From NCBI GenBank assembly GCA_015232395.1, contig JADFZT010000005.1:8298-72297 (forward strand): a stretch of 64,000 nucleotides of DNA, written 5' to 3'. This document shows, piece after piece, positions 47,471 through 56,482 of this stretch (positions are counted from its first letter, which is position 1; the number at the start of each line of letters is the position of its first letter). This DNA is from Magnetococcales bacterium. GTDB lineage: Bacteria; Pseudomonadota; Magnetococcia; Magnetococcales; JADFZT01. A program made the translations under genes and the position numbers. The notes below the pieces were generated by a model that did not search any database, was not told the DNA's origin, and saw only the letters and a list, made by a program, of their open reading frames with translations.

Positions 47471-47729
47471 TGGCCCAGGATGGGCTGGAATTAAACGCAA
47501 AACCGGTTTATTGCCGAGACGTAACCCCTCTTGGAACAGCCGGTTTCGTGCGGGAAGACCTGATGCCGGGCCTTCTCTACCCGGGTTGGATCAGACGATG
47601 GATCCATCACTTCCGGACGAAACGGAATTCCACACATCAGGATTGAACTAAATCAAGCTTCCTTGACGGATGCATGTGTATTTTTGTATCCAAATGGGCG
47701 GTTCTACTCAGGGGATAGTGAGAGGGATA

Positions 47730-48767
47730 ATGGATACGTCTTTGGAAAACGCATCACAGCTGTTTCTGGGAATTGATCTGGGAACTTCCCGGACCACCAT
47801 CATGTCGAACCGGGGGGCCAAGGAACTGGTTCGCTCCGTCGTGGGCTATCCCCGGGATATCATCGGCGTCAAGCTTCTCAATCGCACCAGCGCCATCGGT
47901 GAAGAAGCTCTGGAAAAACGCTCCTATATGAATCTCTATCATCCTCTTGAGGACGGGGTTCTCAAGGAAGATGAAAAACATATCCAGGCAGCCCGGGAGC
48001 TGATTCAACACGCCATCAGTCTCGCTGGCCCCCGGCCCGGGGACCAGGTGTGTGGGATTCTCGGTGTACCAGCCCGGGCCTCCATCACCAGCCGCAACCA
48101 ACTGCTGCAGATTGCCGAGGAGTTGATGGATATCTCCCTGGTGGTCTCTGAGCCATTCATGGTGGCTTATGGATTGGGCAAGCTGAATAACGCGATCATC
48201 ATTGATATTGGTGCGGGCACTATCGATCTATGCGCCATGAAGGGTAACATTCCCGGTGCGGCTGATCAGGCCACTCTCCTCAAGGGAGGGGACCACATCG
48301 ACGAATTCCTGGCCAACGCCATCTCCGAGTCCTATCCGGATGTGCAGATTACCAAAGTGCTGGCCAGAAAGATCAAGGATCAGTACGGTTTTGTCGGTGA
48401 AGCCAAGGAAGAGGCCATCGTGACCCTGCGGGCTTCCGGTAAGCCGGCCCCCCACGATGTCACCCAGGAAGTGCGGGCCGCTTGCGAAACCATCGTCCCG
48501 GATATTCTGGACAGCCTGGAAAAACTGATCCAGACCTTTGACCCGGAAGATCAGGACGAGGCCGTGAGCAATATCATCCTGGCTGGAGGAGGCTCCAATA
48601 TTGTCGGTCTGGATGTCGCCCTGGCCTCACGCCTCAAGGATTACGGCAACGTCAACGTCTCCCGGGTAGCCGACTCCGACTATGCCGGTTGTGCCGGCGC
48701 CTTGAAACTGGCTACCGAACTGCCTCCAGAATATTGGAGCCAAGTAGGAGATGTGGTCGGCAGCTGA
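47730..48767 (+). CDS. mamK: Actin-like magnetosome filament protein MamK
   Basis: 'LFLGIDLGTSRTTIMSNRG', 'SVVGYPRDIIGVKLL', 'YPLEDGVL', 'GVPARAS', 'VVSEPFMVAYGL', 'IIDIGAGTIDLCA', 'ILAGGGSNIVGL', and C-terminal 'ELPPEYWSQVGDVVGS'. These run collinear with Magnetospirillum MamK as I recall it. The ATG at 47730 was preferred; the ORF is open from 47670. Confidence 0.9.
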   Translation: MDTSLENASQLFLGIDLGTSRTTIMSNRGAKELVRSVVGYPRDIIGVKLLNRTSAIGEEALEKRSYMNLYHPLEDGVLKEDEKHIQAARELIQHAISLAGPRPGDQVCGILGVPARASITSRNQLLQIAEELMDISLVVSEPFMVAYGLGKLNNAIIIDIGAGTIDLCAMKGNIPGAADQATLLKGGDHIDEFLANAISESYPDVQITKVLARKIKDQYGFVGEAKEEAIVTLRASGKPAPHDVTQEVRAACETIVPDILDSLEKLIQTFDPEDQDEAVSNIILAGGGSNIVGLDVALASRLKDYGNVNVSRVADSDYAGCAGALKLATELPPEYWSQVGDVVGS

Positions 48768-48887
48768 TTTTTGCGCTGCGAATGAACCTACCGACGGCGG
48801 TCGCCAGTTGTCTAAGGCGGTCGCCGATCAGTTTGGTGGGGTGGTGACTCTTAAGTCTGGGAGTTGAAACGTCGAGATGAGTTCGGC

Positions 48888-49736
48888 ATGAAAAGACGCG
48901 ATTTTTTGAGAATAGCTGGTGCCGGGGCTGCGCTTTGCACTCTCCCTGGACAGGCTATGGCCGGTTATGCGCGTGTTCGTCCCAAGCGTCGTAACCGCCT
49001 GGACAGCGATCAGGAATATGCCAACTATCTCGATAAAATTCGCCTGTTTGACCGGGACCATCCCGGTGATTTTCAGCTCGATCAGGAGCGCATGACCCTC
49101 CTCAACGCCACCGCTGATCGCTTCAGGCGACTGCAAAAGCTGGTGGGTTTTGCCAACTTTACCCTCCTCGGTTTTGATCGGGGCTTGCGATTTGCCAAAC
49201 GCTATCCCCAGGTGGGCTCATTCACTCGGGAAGAGCTTGATTTTTTGGAGATGATTTTTTCCGAACAGGCCTCCCTCTACGGCTTTTTCGGCGATAAGCC
49301 CCTCAAGCAGATCACCGCACGGATTCCCAGGCGGGAAGTGGTCAAAATCCCCCGCACCGGTAATTATCTCTACAAGGGGAGCCCTCAGAAGACCTACGAA
49401 AGAATTCGTCGGGATGTGGGAGACCGGGTGATTCTCACTTCGGGGGTGCGCAGCGTCGTTAAACAGTTTTTGCTGTTTTTATCCAAAGCCCAGGAGACCA
49501 AAGGCAACCTTTCCCGCGCCTCCAGGGCTCTCGCTCCACCAGGATACTCCTTCCACGGCATCAGCGATTTTGATGTGGGGCAGGTGGGATTCGGAGCCCT
49601 CAATTTTACCGAACGGTTTGTCACCACCGACGTTTTCCGGCAGTTGCGGGATCTGGGACACGTCAACCTCCGCTATCCTCGAGACAACTCCCTGGGCGTC
49701 CGCTTCGAGCCCTGGCACGTCAAAGTCACTTCCTGA
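48888..49736 (+). CDS. Tat-exported M15-family (VanY/D-Ala-D-Ala carboxypeptidase-like) metallopeptidase
   Basis: Twin-arginine signal 'MKRRDFLRIAGAGAAL'. M15 motifs 'SGVRS', 'PGYSFHGISDFDV', 'EPWHV'. Confidence 0.75.
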   Translation: MKRRDFLRIAGAGAALCTLPGQAMAGYARVRPKRRNRLDSDQEYANYLDKIRLFDRDHPGDFQLDQERMTLLNATADRFRRLQKLVGFANFTLLGFDRGLRFAKRYPQVGSFTREELDFLEMIFSEQASLYGFFGDKPLKQITARIPRREVVKIPRTGNYLYKGSPQKTYERIRRDVGDRVILTSGVRSVVKQFLLFLSKAQETKGNLSRASRALAPPGYSFHGISDFDVGQVGFGALNFTERFVTTDVFRQLRDLGHVNLRYPRDNSLGVRFEPWHVKVTS

Positions 49737-49884
49737 TTCATCCCCCACCTTCCTGATCCACGTTTCCTCCGGTTGGCCCCTGCTTCTGAATTTTAGTCAG
49801 ATCTCTTCGGGATATTGTTTTAGAGGGCTGATCTATTCCATGTGTCAGCATAACATGCTGTAAAATAGTGGTGAATTCATGTAG

Positions 49885-50322
49885 TCAGGCTGCTTCCTGG
49901 ATGCTGAGCACCAAGCGTTTGCCCAAAACGGCCAGGGCAGATTCGATTCGGGGGAGTTTGGAGGGATGGCGGGGATCCAAAAGGCGACGGACCTCTTTTT
50001 CATCGCAACCTAACCGGCTGGCAAGCTCGGATTTGCTCAACTCCGAATTTTTTAATGCCAGATAAAGGGCTGCCTTGGCGGACATTTGGGCTGGAACCGG
50101 AAGGTTTTTCTGGTTTGTGCCAGAGGGGGAAGGGGGTGGGATGGGATCTTTGCGACGGATGCGCCCAGCAATGGCCTCTTCCAGGCAGTCTGAGGCCTCT
50201 TCCAGAGCTTCCGCCAAGGTTGTCCCATCGGTGGCCGCCTCTGGAAAATCAGGGAAGGTCACCAGGTGATAGCCTGCTTCATCGATTTCAATGTTGATTG
50301 GATAGGTGAATGGCTGTTCCAT
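49885..50322 (-). CDS. hicB: HicB-family antitoxin with a C-terminal HTH domain
   Basis: 'YPINIEIDEAGYHLVTFPDFPEAATDGTTLAEALEEASDCLEEAI', plus the HTH 'SKSELASRLGCDEKEVRRLLD'. Confidence 0.8.
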   Translation of the reverse strand: MEQPFTYPINIEIDEAGYHLVTFPDFPEAATDGTTLAEALEEASDCLEEAIAGRIRRKDPIPPPSPSGTNQKNLPVPAQMSAKAALYLALKNSELSKSELASRLGCDEKEVRRLLDPRHPSKLPRIESALAVLGKRLVLSIQEAA

Positions 50323-50331
50323 AGGTATCCC

Positions 50332-50547
50332 TCATTTGAGATCGCTCTGTTTCAGGCCTAAATCCTTGAGCATCTTGTTAAGTAGACCAGGACCGATCTC
50401 TTTTTTGCGATCCTTTACCACTGTCATGGCCTCTCCAAAATAAAGGGTTCCATGACTTCCTTTCCCTCGTTCGCAGATAAAGCGAAAGGGGATATGACGC
50501 TCCCGGGCCAGTTTTTTTAACCGGGTCAGGAATTCAGATCCATTCAT
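50332..50547 (-). CDS. hicA: HicA-family toxin
   Basis: 'FLTRLKKLARERHIPFRFICERGKGSHGTLYFG'. The ATG at 50547 was preferred; a TTG at 50565 is also possible. It lies 9 bp upstream of hicB. Confidence 0.7.
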   Translation of the reverse strand: MNGSEFLTRLKKLARERHIPFRFICERGKGSHGTLYFGEAMTVVKDRKKEIGPGLLNKMLKDLGLKQSDLK

Positions 50548-50559
50548 TGATTGAGTATC

Positions 50560-50605
50560 GGACAAATTTGTCCAAACATCAATAAAAACAAATCAAATTT
50601 GTTTT
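50560..50605. promoter_or_regulatory. Two palindromic operator-like sites upstream of hicA-hicB
   Basis: GGACAAATTTGTCC (50560-50573), and AAAACAAAT-CAA-ATTTGTTTT (50585-50605). Both share the half-site ACAAAT. Confidence 0.5.
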
Positions 50606-50708
50606 GGAAGCCATTTTTTTGTTTGCTCTGTAGCAAGTGCAAAGGCGTAGGGAAGGCAGGCCAAAAATGGGTAGAAATGTGATATTGAGGCTGGAGAATG
50701 ACCCGGTT

Positions 50709-51389
50709 TTAGAAGGAAAAGAAGGCGTTGATTTCGTCAAACCGATCGACGACCAGGTCGGGATTCATCTCTGCCACGGGGAGGCCTCGGTTGTAGCCGT
50801 AGGTGACCAGGATCAGGGGACACTGGGCCGCTTGGGCCGCTTTGGCATCGGTGTCGGAATCACCCACCATCACCCCTTGGGCCGGGGTGGCGTTGAGCTG
50901 CTTTAAGGCGTGAAAGATGGGGTCGGGGTCGGGCTTGCGGCGGGGGAGGGTATTGCCGCCGATGACAGTGCTGAAAAAACGGGAAAGATTGAGTTCATCC
51001 AGCAGGCGAACGCTGAGATCTTCGGGTTTGTTGGTAACCACCGCCTGGGCTATGCCGGCTTTTTGGAGTTTGGTCAGGGTTTCCACCACACCGGGGTAGG
51101 GCCGGGAATGATCGGTGAGATGATCCCGATAGTAGGCGAGAAAATCCTGAACGGCGGCTTCAAAGTCGGGATCCCCTTCCGGCGGTTCGCTCTCTTCCCC
51201 CCAAAAACCCCGGGCACACAACACCCGGGCGCCGTTTCCCACCAGATGTCGCACTTCGTGGTGTTGCAGCAGTGGATAGCCCCGTTTTTCCAGGACATGG
51301 TTGAGTGCCCCCCAAAGATCCGGGGAGGTGTCCACCAGGGTGCCGTCCAGATCGAAGAGGGCGGCTTGAGGGGAGGGCGTTTGGGCCAT
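50709..51389 (-). CDS. gph: Phosphoglycolate phosphatase (HAD)
   Basis: 'AALFDLDGTLVDTSPDL', 'AVVTNKP', 'VMVGDSDTDAKAA'. Confidence 0.8.
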   Translation of the reverse strand: MAQTPSPQAALFDLDGTLVDTSPDLWGALNHVLEKRGYPLLQHHEVRHLVGNGARVLCARGFWGEESEPPEGDPDFEAAVQDFLAYYRDHLTDHSRPYPGVVETLTKLQKAGIAQAVVTNKPEDLSVRLLDELNLSRFFSTVIGGNTLPRRKPDPDPIFHALKQLNATPAQGVMVGDSDTDAKAAQAAQCPLILVTYGYNRGLPVAEMNPDLVVDRFDEINAFFSF

Positions 51390-51400
51390 TTGGAGCTGCT

Positions 51401-51928
51401 TTACTTGCGAATGGAGGCGATATAGGGGAGTTCACGGTAGCGTTCGGCATAGTCCATGCCGTATCCCACCACAAAAAGATTGGGTACCTGAAAGCCGATA
51501 TAGTCCGCTTTGATGGGGAGTGTTCTGCGGGAGGGTTTGTCCATGAGCACACAGGTGGTCACCCGCTCGGCCCCTTTTTTCTTTAGATGCTCCACCGCAA
51601 AGGTGAGGGAGTTGCCGGAGTCGAGAATATCATCCACCACCAGCACCTGCCGTCCTTCCAGGTTGTCCCGGCAATCGATATTGAGTTCCACCTGGCCGCT
51701 ACTTTCCGTGCCGTCGCCATAGGAGCTTATATGCATAAAATCCATGGTGGGCTCCACCCCGTGGCGGTGCATGGCACGGATGAGGTCGGCTGCAAAAACG
51801 AAGGCCCCCTTGAAAAGACCCACGACGTGGGGCTCTGGTCCCAGGTCGGCGGCAATCTCCTCGGCGAGGGCGTTCACCCGCTTGGTGATCTGGGCTTCGG
51901 TCAAGAGGGTGAATACCTTTTCAGTCAT
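51401..51928 (-). CDS. hpt: Hypoxanthine phosphoribosyltransferase
   Basis: 'VVGLFKGAFVFAADL' and the PRPP motif 'VLVVDDILDSGNSL'. The ATG at 51928 overlaps the metW stop (TAATG). Confidence 0.88.
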   Translation of the reverse strand: MTEKVFTLLTEAQITKRVNALAEEIAADLGPEPHVVGLFKGAFVFAADLIRAMHRHGVEPTMDFMHISSYGDGTESSGQVELNIDCRDNLEGRQVLVVDDILDSGNSLTFAVEHLKKKGAERVTTCVLMDKPSRRTLPIKADYIGFQVPNLFVVGYGMDYAERYRELPYIASIRK

Positions 51929-52578
51929 TAATCGGGTCCCCTTTCCAGGAGAAAAACTGCCATGGGGGCGAACAGGTTGGCTACGGCCAAGGGTACGAGA
52001 TAGTTGGCAAACTGGCGTTTGATGGGGCCTTTGGGACGGTGTCCGGAGGCGGCCAGTGGGATCTGATCCAAAATTTGGATCTCCAGGGATTTGCAGAGAT
52101 CCTGAAAATCCAGAATGGTACACATGTGAATGTTGGGGGTATCGTACCAGGCGTGGGGCAGCACCGGGGTGCGGGGCATGCGTCCCCCCAGGGTCAGGCC
52201 CAGACGGATTTTCCAGTGGCCAAAGTTGGGGAAGGAGACGATGATTTTACGCCCCACTCGCAACATTTCCTGGACCACGAAACGGGGCCGGTGAACCGCC
52301 TGGAGGGTGTGGGAAAGAATGACATAGTCAAAGGCGTTGTCGTGGTGATCACTCAACCCCTGGTCGATATCGCCCTGGAGCACCGGCAGCCCCCGGGCGA
52401 TGCAGGCGTGGACCCCTTCGTGGGAAATTTCCACCCCGGCACCGTGGGCATTTTTCTGGTGGATGAGGTGTTCCAACAGCAGACCATCCCCACAGCCCAG
52501 ATCAAGCACCCGGGCTCCCTCGGTCACCAGGCCTGCAATCACCTCCTGATCCACGCGCAGTTGAGGGGTTTTGATCAT
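51928..52578 (-). CDS. metW: Methionine biosynthesis protein MetW
   Basis: 'RVLDLGCGDGLLLEHL', 'FDYVILSHTLQAV', and a 4-nt overlap with metX. Confidence 0.88.
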   Translation of the reverse strand: MIKTPQLRVDQEVIAGLVTEGARVLDLGCGDGLLLEHLIHQKNAHGAGVEISHEGVHACIARGLPVLQGDIDQGLSDHHDNAFDYVILSHTLQAVHRPRFVVQEMLRVGRKIIVSFPNFGHWKIRLGLTLGGRMPRTPVLPHAWYDTPNIHMCTILDFQDLCKSLEIQILDQIPLAASGHRPKGPIKRQFANYLVPLAVANLFAPMAVFLLERGPD

Positions 52579-53810
52579 GCTTTGCCGTTGCCTTCCCCAT
52601 GGAGGGTGATCTCTTGGTGGAGACGCTGCAGGAAAGAGGCCAGGGATTGCTTGAAGAGTGGCGCATCCAGCAAAAAGGCGTCGTGGCCGTAGGGGGAGGA
52701 AAACTGTTCGAAAGTGACGTTTTTTCGGTGCCAGTTGAGAATTTTGACCAGCTCCTTGGAGCGGGAAGTATCAAAACGCCAGTCGGTATCGAAGCTCATG
52801 ACGAGAATTTTGGCTGTGACCGGTTTCAGTCGTTTGCCCGTGGTTTCCGGATCCGGGAAAGGATCAAAATAGTCCATCGCCTTGGTGATGTAGATATAGG
52901 TGTTGGCGTCGAACTGATGGACAAACGTAGATCCCTGGTAGTGCAGATAGCTCTCCACGGCAAAGTCATTCTCGAAGCCGTAGGAGAGTTCTTTGCGGTC
53001 TTGGAGGCGGCGGCCAAATTTATCGTGGAGGCCCTTTTCCGAAAGATAGGTGATATGGGCCATCATGCGGGCCAGGGCTAAACCGTGGATCGGTTTTTCG
53101 GCTTCATAATAGTCGCCATTGTTGAAATTGGGATCCACCATGATCGCTTGGCGGGCGACGGCGTTGAAGGCGATATTTTGCGCTGAAAGCCGGGGGGTGG
53201 AGGCGATGATGATGGAGGCCCTGACCGCATCGGGAAAGTCCAGAACCCACTGCATCGCGTGCATTCCCCCCATGGAACCTCCTGCGACCGCCAGGAGTTG
53301 TTTGATGCCCAGATGATCCATCAGCGCTTTTTGCAGTCGTACCATGTCGCCAATGGTGATCATGGGAAAGCTCAAACCAAAGGGCTTGCCGGTTTTGGGA
53401 TTGATGCTGGAGGGGCCGGTGGTGCCGTCACAGCCGCCGAGATTATTGCTGCATATGACGAAAAAGCGATTGGTATCGTAGGGCTTTCCGGGACCGATAT
53501 AGTCGTCCCACCAGCCCGGTTTGCGCTCGTCCGGGTGGTTGCGTCCGGCGGCGTGGGCGTTGCCGGAGAGGGCATGGCAGATGAGAATGGCGTTGGAGGC
53601 CGTTTCGTTGAGCTGGCCATAGGTCTCATAGGCGACCCGAACCGGGGCCAGGCTTGCGCCACAGTCCAGGGGCAGGCAGCTGCCGTCGGTGAACAGCTCC
53701 ACGTGTTGGGTTTGAACGATACCGGCAGAGCCGATGACGGTGGCTTCCTTGCTTTTCATGACACCCTGGAAATAGACGATTGCAGGGAAGGGATCTTTTC
53801 TCTTTTTCAC
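52575..53810 (-). CDS. metX: Homoserine O-acyltransferase MetX
   Basis: 'VAYETYGQLN', 'AILICHALSGNAHAAG', nucleophile elbow 'VAGGSMGGMHAMQW', 'SPYGHDAFL'. An alternative ATG start lies at 53759. Confidence 0.9.
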   Translation of the reverse strand: MKKRKDPFPAIVYFQGVMKSKEATVIGSAGIVQTQHVELFTDGSCLPLDCGASLAPVRVAYETYGQLNETASNAILICHALSGNAHAAGRNHPDERKPGWWDDYIGPGKPYDTNRFFVICSNNLGGCDGTTGPSSINPKTGKPFGLSFPMITIGDMVRLQKALMDHLGIKQLLAVAGGSMGGMHAMQWVLDFPDAVRASIIIASTPRLSAQNIAFNAVARQAIMVDPNFNNGDYYEAEKPIHGLALARMMAHITYLSEKGLHDKFGRRLQDRKELSYGFENDFAVESYLHYQGSTFVHQFDANTYIYITKAMDYFDPFPDPETTGKRLKPVTAKILVMSFDTDWRFDTSRSKELVKILNWHRKNVTFEQFSSPYGHDAFLLDAPLFKQSLASFLQRLHQEITLHGEGNGKA

Positions 53811-54353
53811 CCTTTAGTCAAGGGAATGGAAGAGGGGGGGGAGGGTCATTTTTTTTCGGCATGGAAATTGCTTAATTGTTCTCCAGAGTGAATTTTACAG
53901 ATCGACTTTAGCCAGATCGATCCCATTGATTCAATGGACTCTTCGGTCAGATTGGGATCCATCCAGAGGGCTGATGGCTTGAATGAAAGAGGTTGAATTG
54001 AGATTTTTACCAGCAAAAGCAAGTGGATTTGATGTTTGTCAGCGGGTTGAAGAATGATTCATCGGCAGATAGGAGAAGGCAGGCCAAAGGGGCGTTTTTT
54101 CGAGTTGACCGAGCTTAAGCTGCTTGGCAATGACCCCAGGCTGGGCATGGTTTTGAGTCTGGGCGTGGTATGAGGCTTGCTTTCTGCCTGTATCGGATGG
54201 GGCGCTTTTAATGGTGGGATCCTTTGGGATAAGCCTGATCACCCCCCTGGATCCCTGTCCACCCTCGGCTGTCTGACAACAACGACGGGGTTTGACCAAG
54301 GGTCTGACTTTAAGAAGAATTCCCGACTTTACGGTTGGGATACCAGGTTTTGA

Positions 54354-56453
54354 TTGGAGAATACGTTGGCCAGCAAACTCACCGCTCCATTTGCCCGACT
54401 CAATGGCTTGAGCGATATCTTCATGGCTGTCGGCATCATCCTGATGCTGGCCGTGATGCTGCTGCCGATGCCCTCGGCACTGTTGGACCTGTTGCTTTCC
54501 GTCAATATTTCATTGGCCATCGTCATTCTTCTGACGACTGTTTATGTTCATAAACCGCTTGAATTTTCTTCATTTCCAAGCGTTTTGCTGATTGCCACCC
54601 TGTTACGCCTCTCCCTGAACATTTCCACCACCCGTTTGATTTTGCTCCACGGGTCGGAAGGGGAGGCGGCAGCGGGTCAGGTGATTCGTTCTTTTGGCCA
54701 GTTTGTGGTAGGAGGCAACCCGGTCGTCGGGGTCATTGTTTTCTCGATCCTGGTGATTATCAACTTTGTGGTGATCACCAAAGGTGCCGGGCGCATCGCT
54801 GAAGTGGCCGCCCGCTTCACCTTGGACAAGATGCCCGGTAAGCAGATGGCTATCGATGCCGATCTCAACTCCGGACTCATCACCGAGGTGGAAGCCAAAA
54901 AACGTCGGCGGGAGATCGAAGAAGAGTCGGAATTTTTCGGGGCCATGGACGGTGCTTCGAAATTTGTCCGAGGGGATGCGGTTGCGGGTATTCTCATCAC
55001 CCTGATCAACATCGTCGGCGGCTTCATCATCGGTGTCGCTCAACAGGATCTGAGTGCCGGGGATGCAGCCAATATCTATACGATTCTGACGGTGGGGGAT
55101 GGACTGGTGGCACAGATTCCGGCCCTGGTGATCTCCTCCGCTGCCGGTTTTTTGGTGACCCGAGCCTCTTCCGACCGCCACATGGCGGAACACATGGGGG
55201 GGCAGATTACTGCAAACCCCCGGGTCATTCTGATCTCTGCTATCGTCCTGGGACTTTTTGCTCTGACGCCCGGCATGCCCACCACGGCTTTTTCGGTGTT
55301 GGCCATCCTGCTGGGTTTTTGGGCCTACATGCTCTTTAAAAAGAAAGATACCCAAGCCAAGGAGCTGGTGCGGGAAGAGAAGGTTCAGGCCCAGACCGAG
55401 GCACAGGTGGAGGAGCCCATCGAAAGCTTTTTGGCCCTCGATCTTTTGCGCCTGGATGTGGGCTACGGTTTAATCTCCCTGGTGGACGAGAGCCAGGATG
55501 GGGATTTGCTGGATAAGATTCGCTCGATTCGGCGCCAATTTGCCACCGACATGGGGTTCGTCGTCCCCCCCATCCACATTAAGGATAACCTCCAGTTCAG
55601 ACCCGGAGAGTATGTTTTCCTGGTGAAGGGCGTGGAGGTGGGACGCGGTGAGATCAAGACCGGTCACTTTTTGGCCATGGAAGGGGGGGTGGTGACGGGC
55701 AAGATCAATGGCGTTCCCACCACCGAGCCCGCCTTTGGTCTGCCGGCCTTGTGGATCAATGCCAACGACCGGGAACGGGCGGAAATGTTGGGCTACACGG
55801 TGGTGGATCCCGCTACCGTGCTGGCGACCCACATTACCGAACTTGTGCACAACCATTCCCACGAAATGTTGAATCGCCAGGAGGTGCAGAGTCTTCTGGA
55901 TCTGGTCGCCAAAAATCAGCCCAAGCTGGTGGAAGAGTTGGTTCCCAATCAGATCTCTCTGGGAGGAATCCAAAAAGTATTGCAGGGGCTATTGCGGGAG
56001 CGGGTTTCCATCCGCGATATGACCACCATTCTGGAAACGGTGGCCGACTACGCCAAGCTGGTCAAACATCCGGCCCAACTGGTGGAACTGGTCCGGCAAT
56101 CCCTGGCCCGGTCTCTGGTTCGTCGCTACCTGGACGACGAGGGCAAACTGTCGGCATTGGTGCTGGGAGCGGATGCGGAAAACCTGGTCACAGAGGCGAT
56201 TGTCGATGGGGAGTTCGGTTCATATCTTTCCATGGCCCCTCGCTCCACCAGTCTGTTTCTGAAAAAAGTCCGGGTGAATGTGGAAAAAGTGGCCATGCGG
56301 GTGGTGCAGCCGGTCATCATTACCGGCTCCCGGGTTCGACCGTTCGTCAAGCAGTGTACCGAGGGTGTTTTTCCCCATCTGGTGGTGTTATCCCAGAATG
56401 AGGTGCCCTCCAATGTGCAAGTTCAATCCCTGGGAACGGTTTCTCTCTCCTGA
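54354..56453 (+). CDS. flhA: Flagellar export apparatus protein FlhA
   Basis: 'FSSFPSVLLIATLLRLSLNISTTRLIL', 'RFTLDKMPGKQMAIDADL', 'FFGAMDGASKFVRGDA'. TTG start. Confidence 0.93.
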   Translation: MENTLASKLTAPFARLNGLSDIFMAVGIILMLAVMLLPMPSALLDLLLSVNISLAIVILLTTVYVHKPLEFSSFPSVLLIATLLRLSLNISTTRLILLHGSEGEAAAGQVIRSFGQFVVGGNPVVGVIVFSILVIINFVVITKGAGRIAEVAARFTLDKMPGKQMAIDADLNSGLITEVEAKKRRREIEEESEFFGAMDGASKFVRGDAVAGILITLINIVGGFIIGVAQQDLSAGDAANIYTILTVGDGLVAQIPALVISSAAGFLVTRASSDRHMAEHMGGQITANPRVILISAIVLGLFALTPGMPTTAFSVLAILLGFWAYMLFKKKDTQAKELVREEKVQAQTEAQVEEPIESFLALDLLRLDVGYGLISLVDESQDGDLLDKIRSIRRQFATDMGFVVPPIHIKDNLQFRPGEYVFLVKGVEVGRGEIKTGHFLAMEGGVVTGKINGVPTTEPAFGLPALWINANDRERAEMLGYTVVDPATVLATHITELVHNHSHEMLNRQEVQSLLDLVAKNQPKLVEELVPNQISLGGIQKVLQGLLRERVSIRDMTTILETVADYAKLVKHPAQLVELVRQSLARSLVRRYLDDEGKLSALVLGADAENLVTEAIVDGEFGSYLSMAPRSTSLFLKKVRVNVEKVAMRVVQPVIITGSRVRPFVKQCTEGVFPHLVVLSQNEVPSNVQVQSLGTVSLS

Positions 56454-56482
56454 CCCTTTATGAACGGTAACCGGATCGGATC

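Noticed and set aside
47211-47651. 146-aa plus-strand ORF overlapping the mmsF-like gene and the mamK leader
   Set aside because: It is out of frame with the strongly supported mmsF-like CDS, runs through the predicted terminator, and has a Pro/Gly/Arg-rich composition with no motif.
53811-54353. Possible SAM riboswitch (SAM-II type) in the 540-bp region upstream of metX
   Set aside because: I read the minus strand and found only small hairpins (for example GATCGA...TCGATC and CCATTGAATCAATGG). I could not identify the conserved pseudoknot and AAAGCU-type core. A covariance-model search would be needed, so I make no claim.
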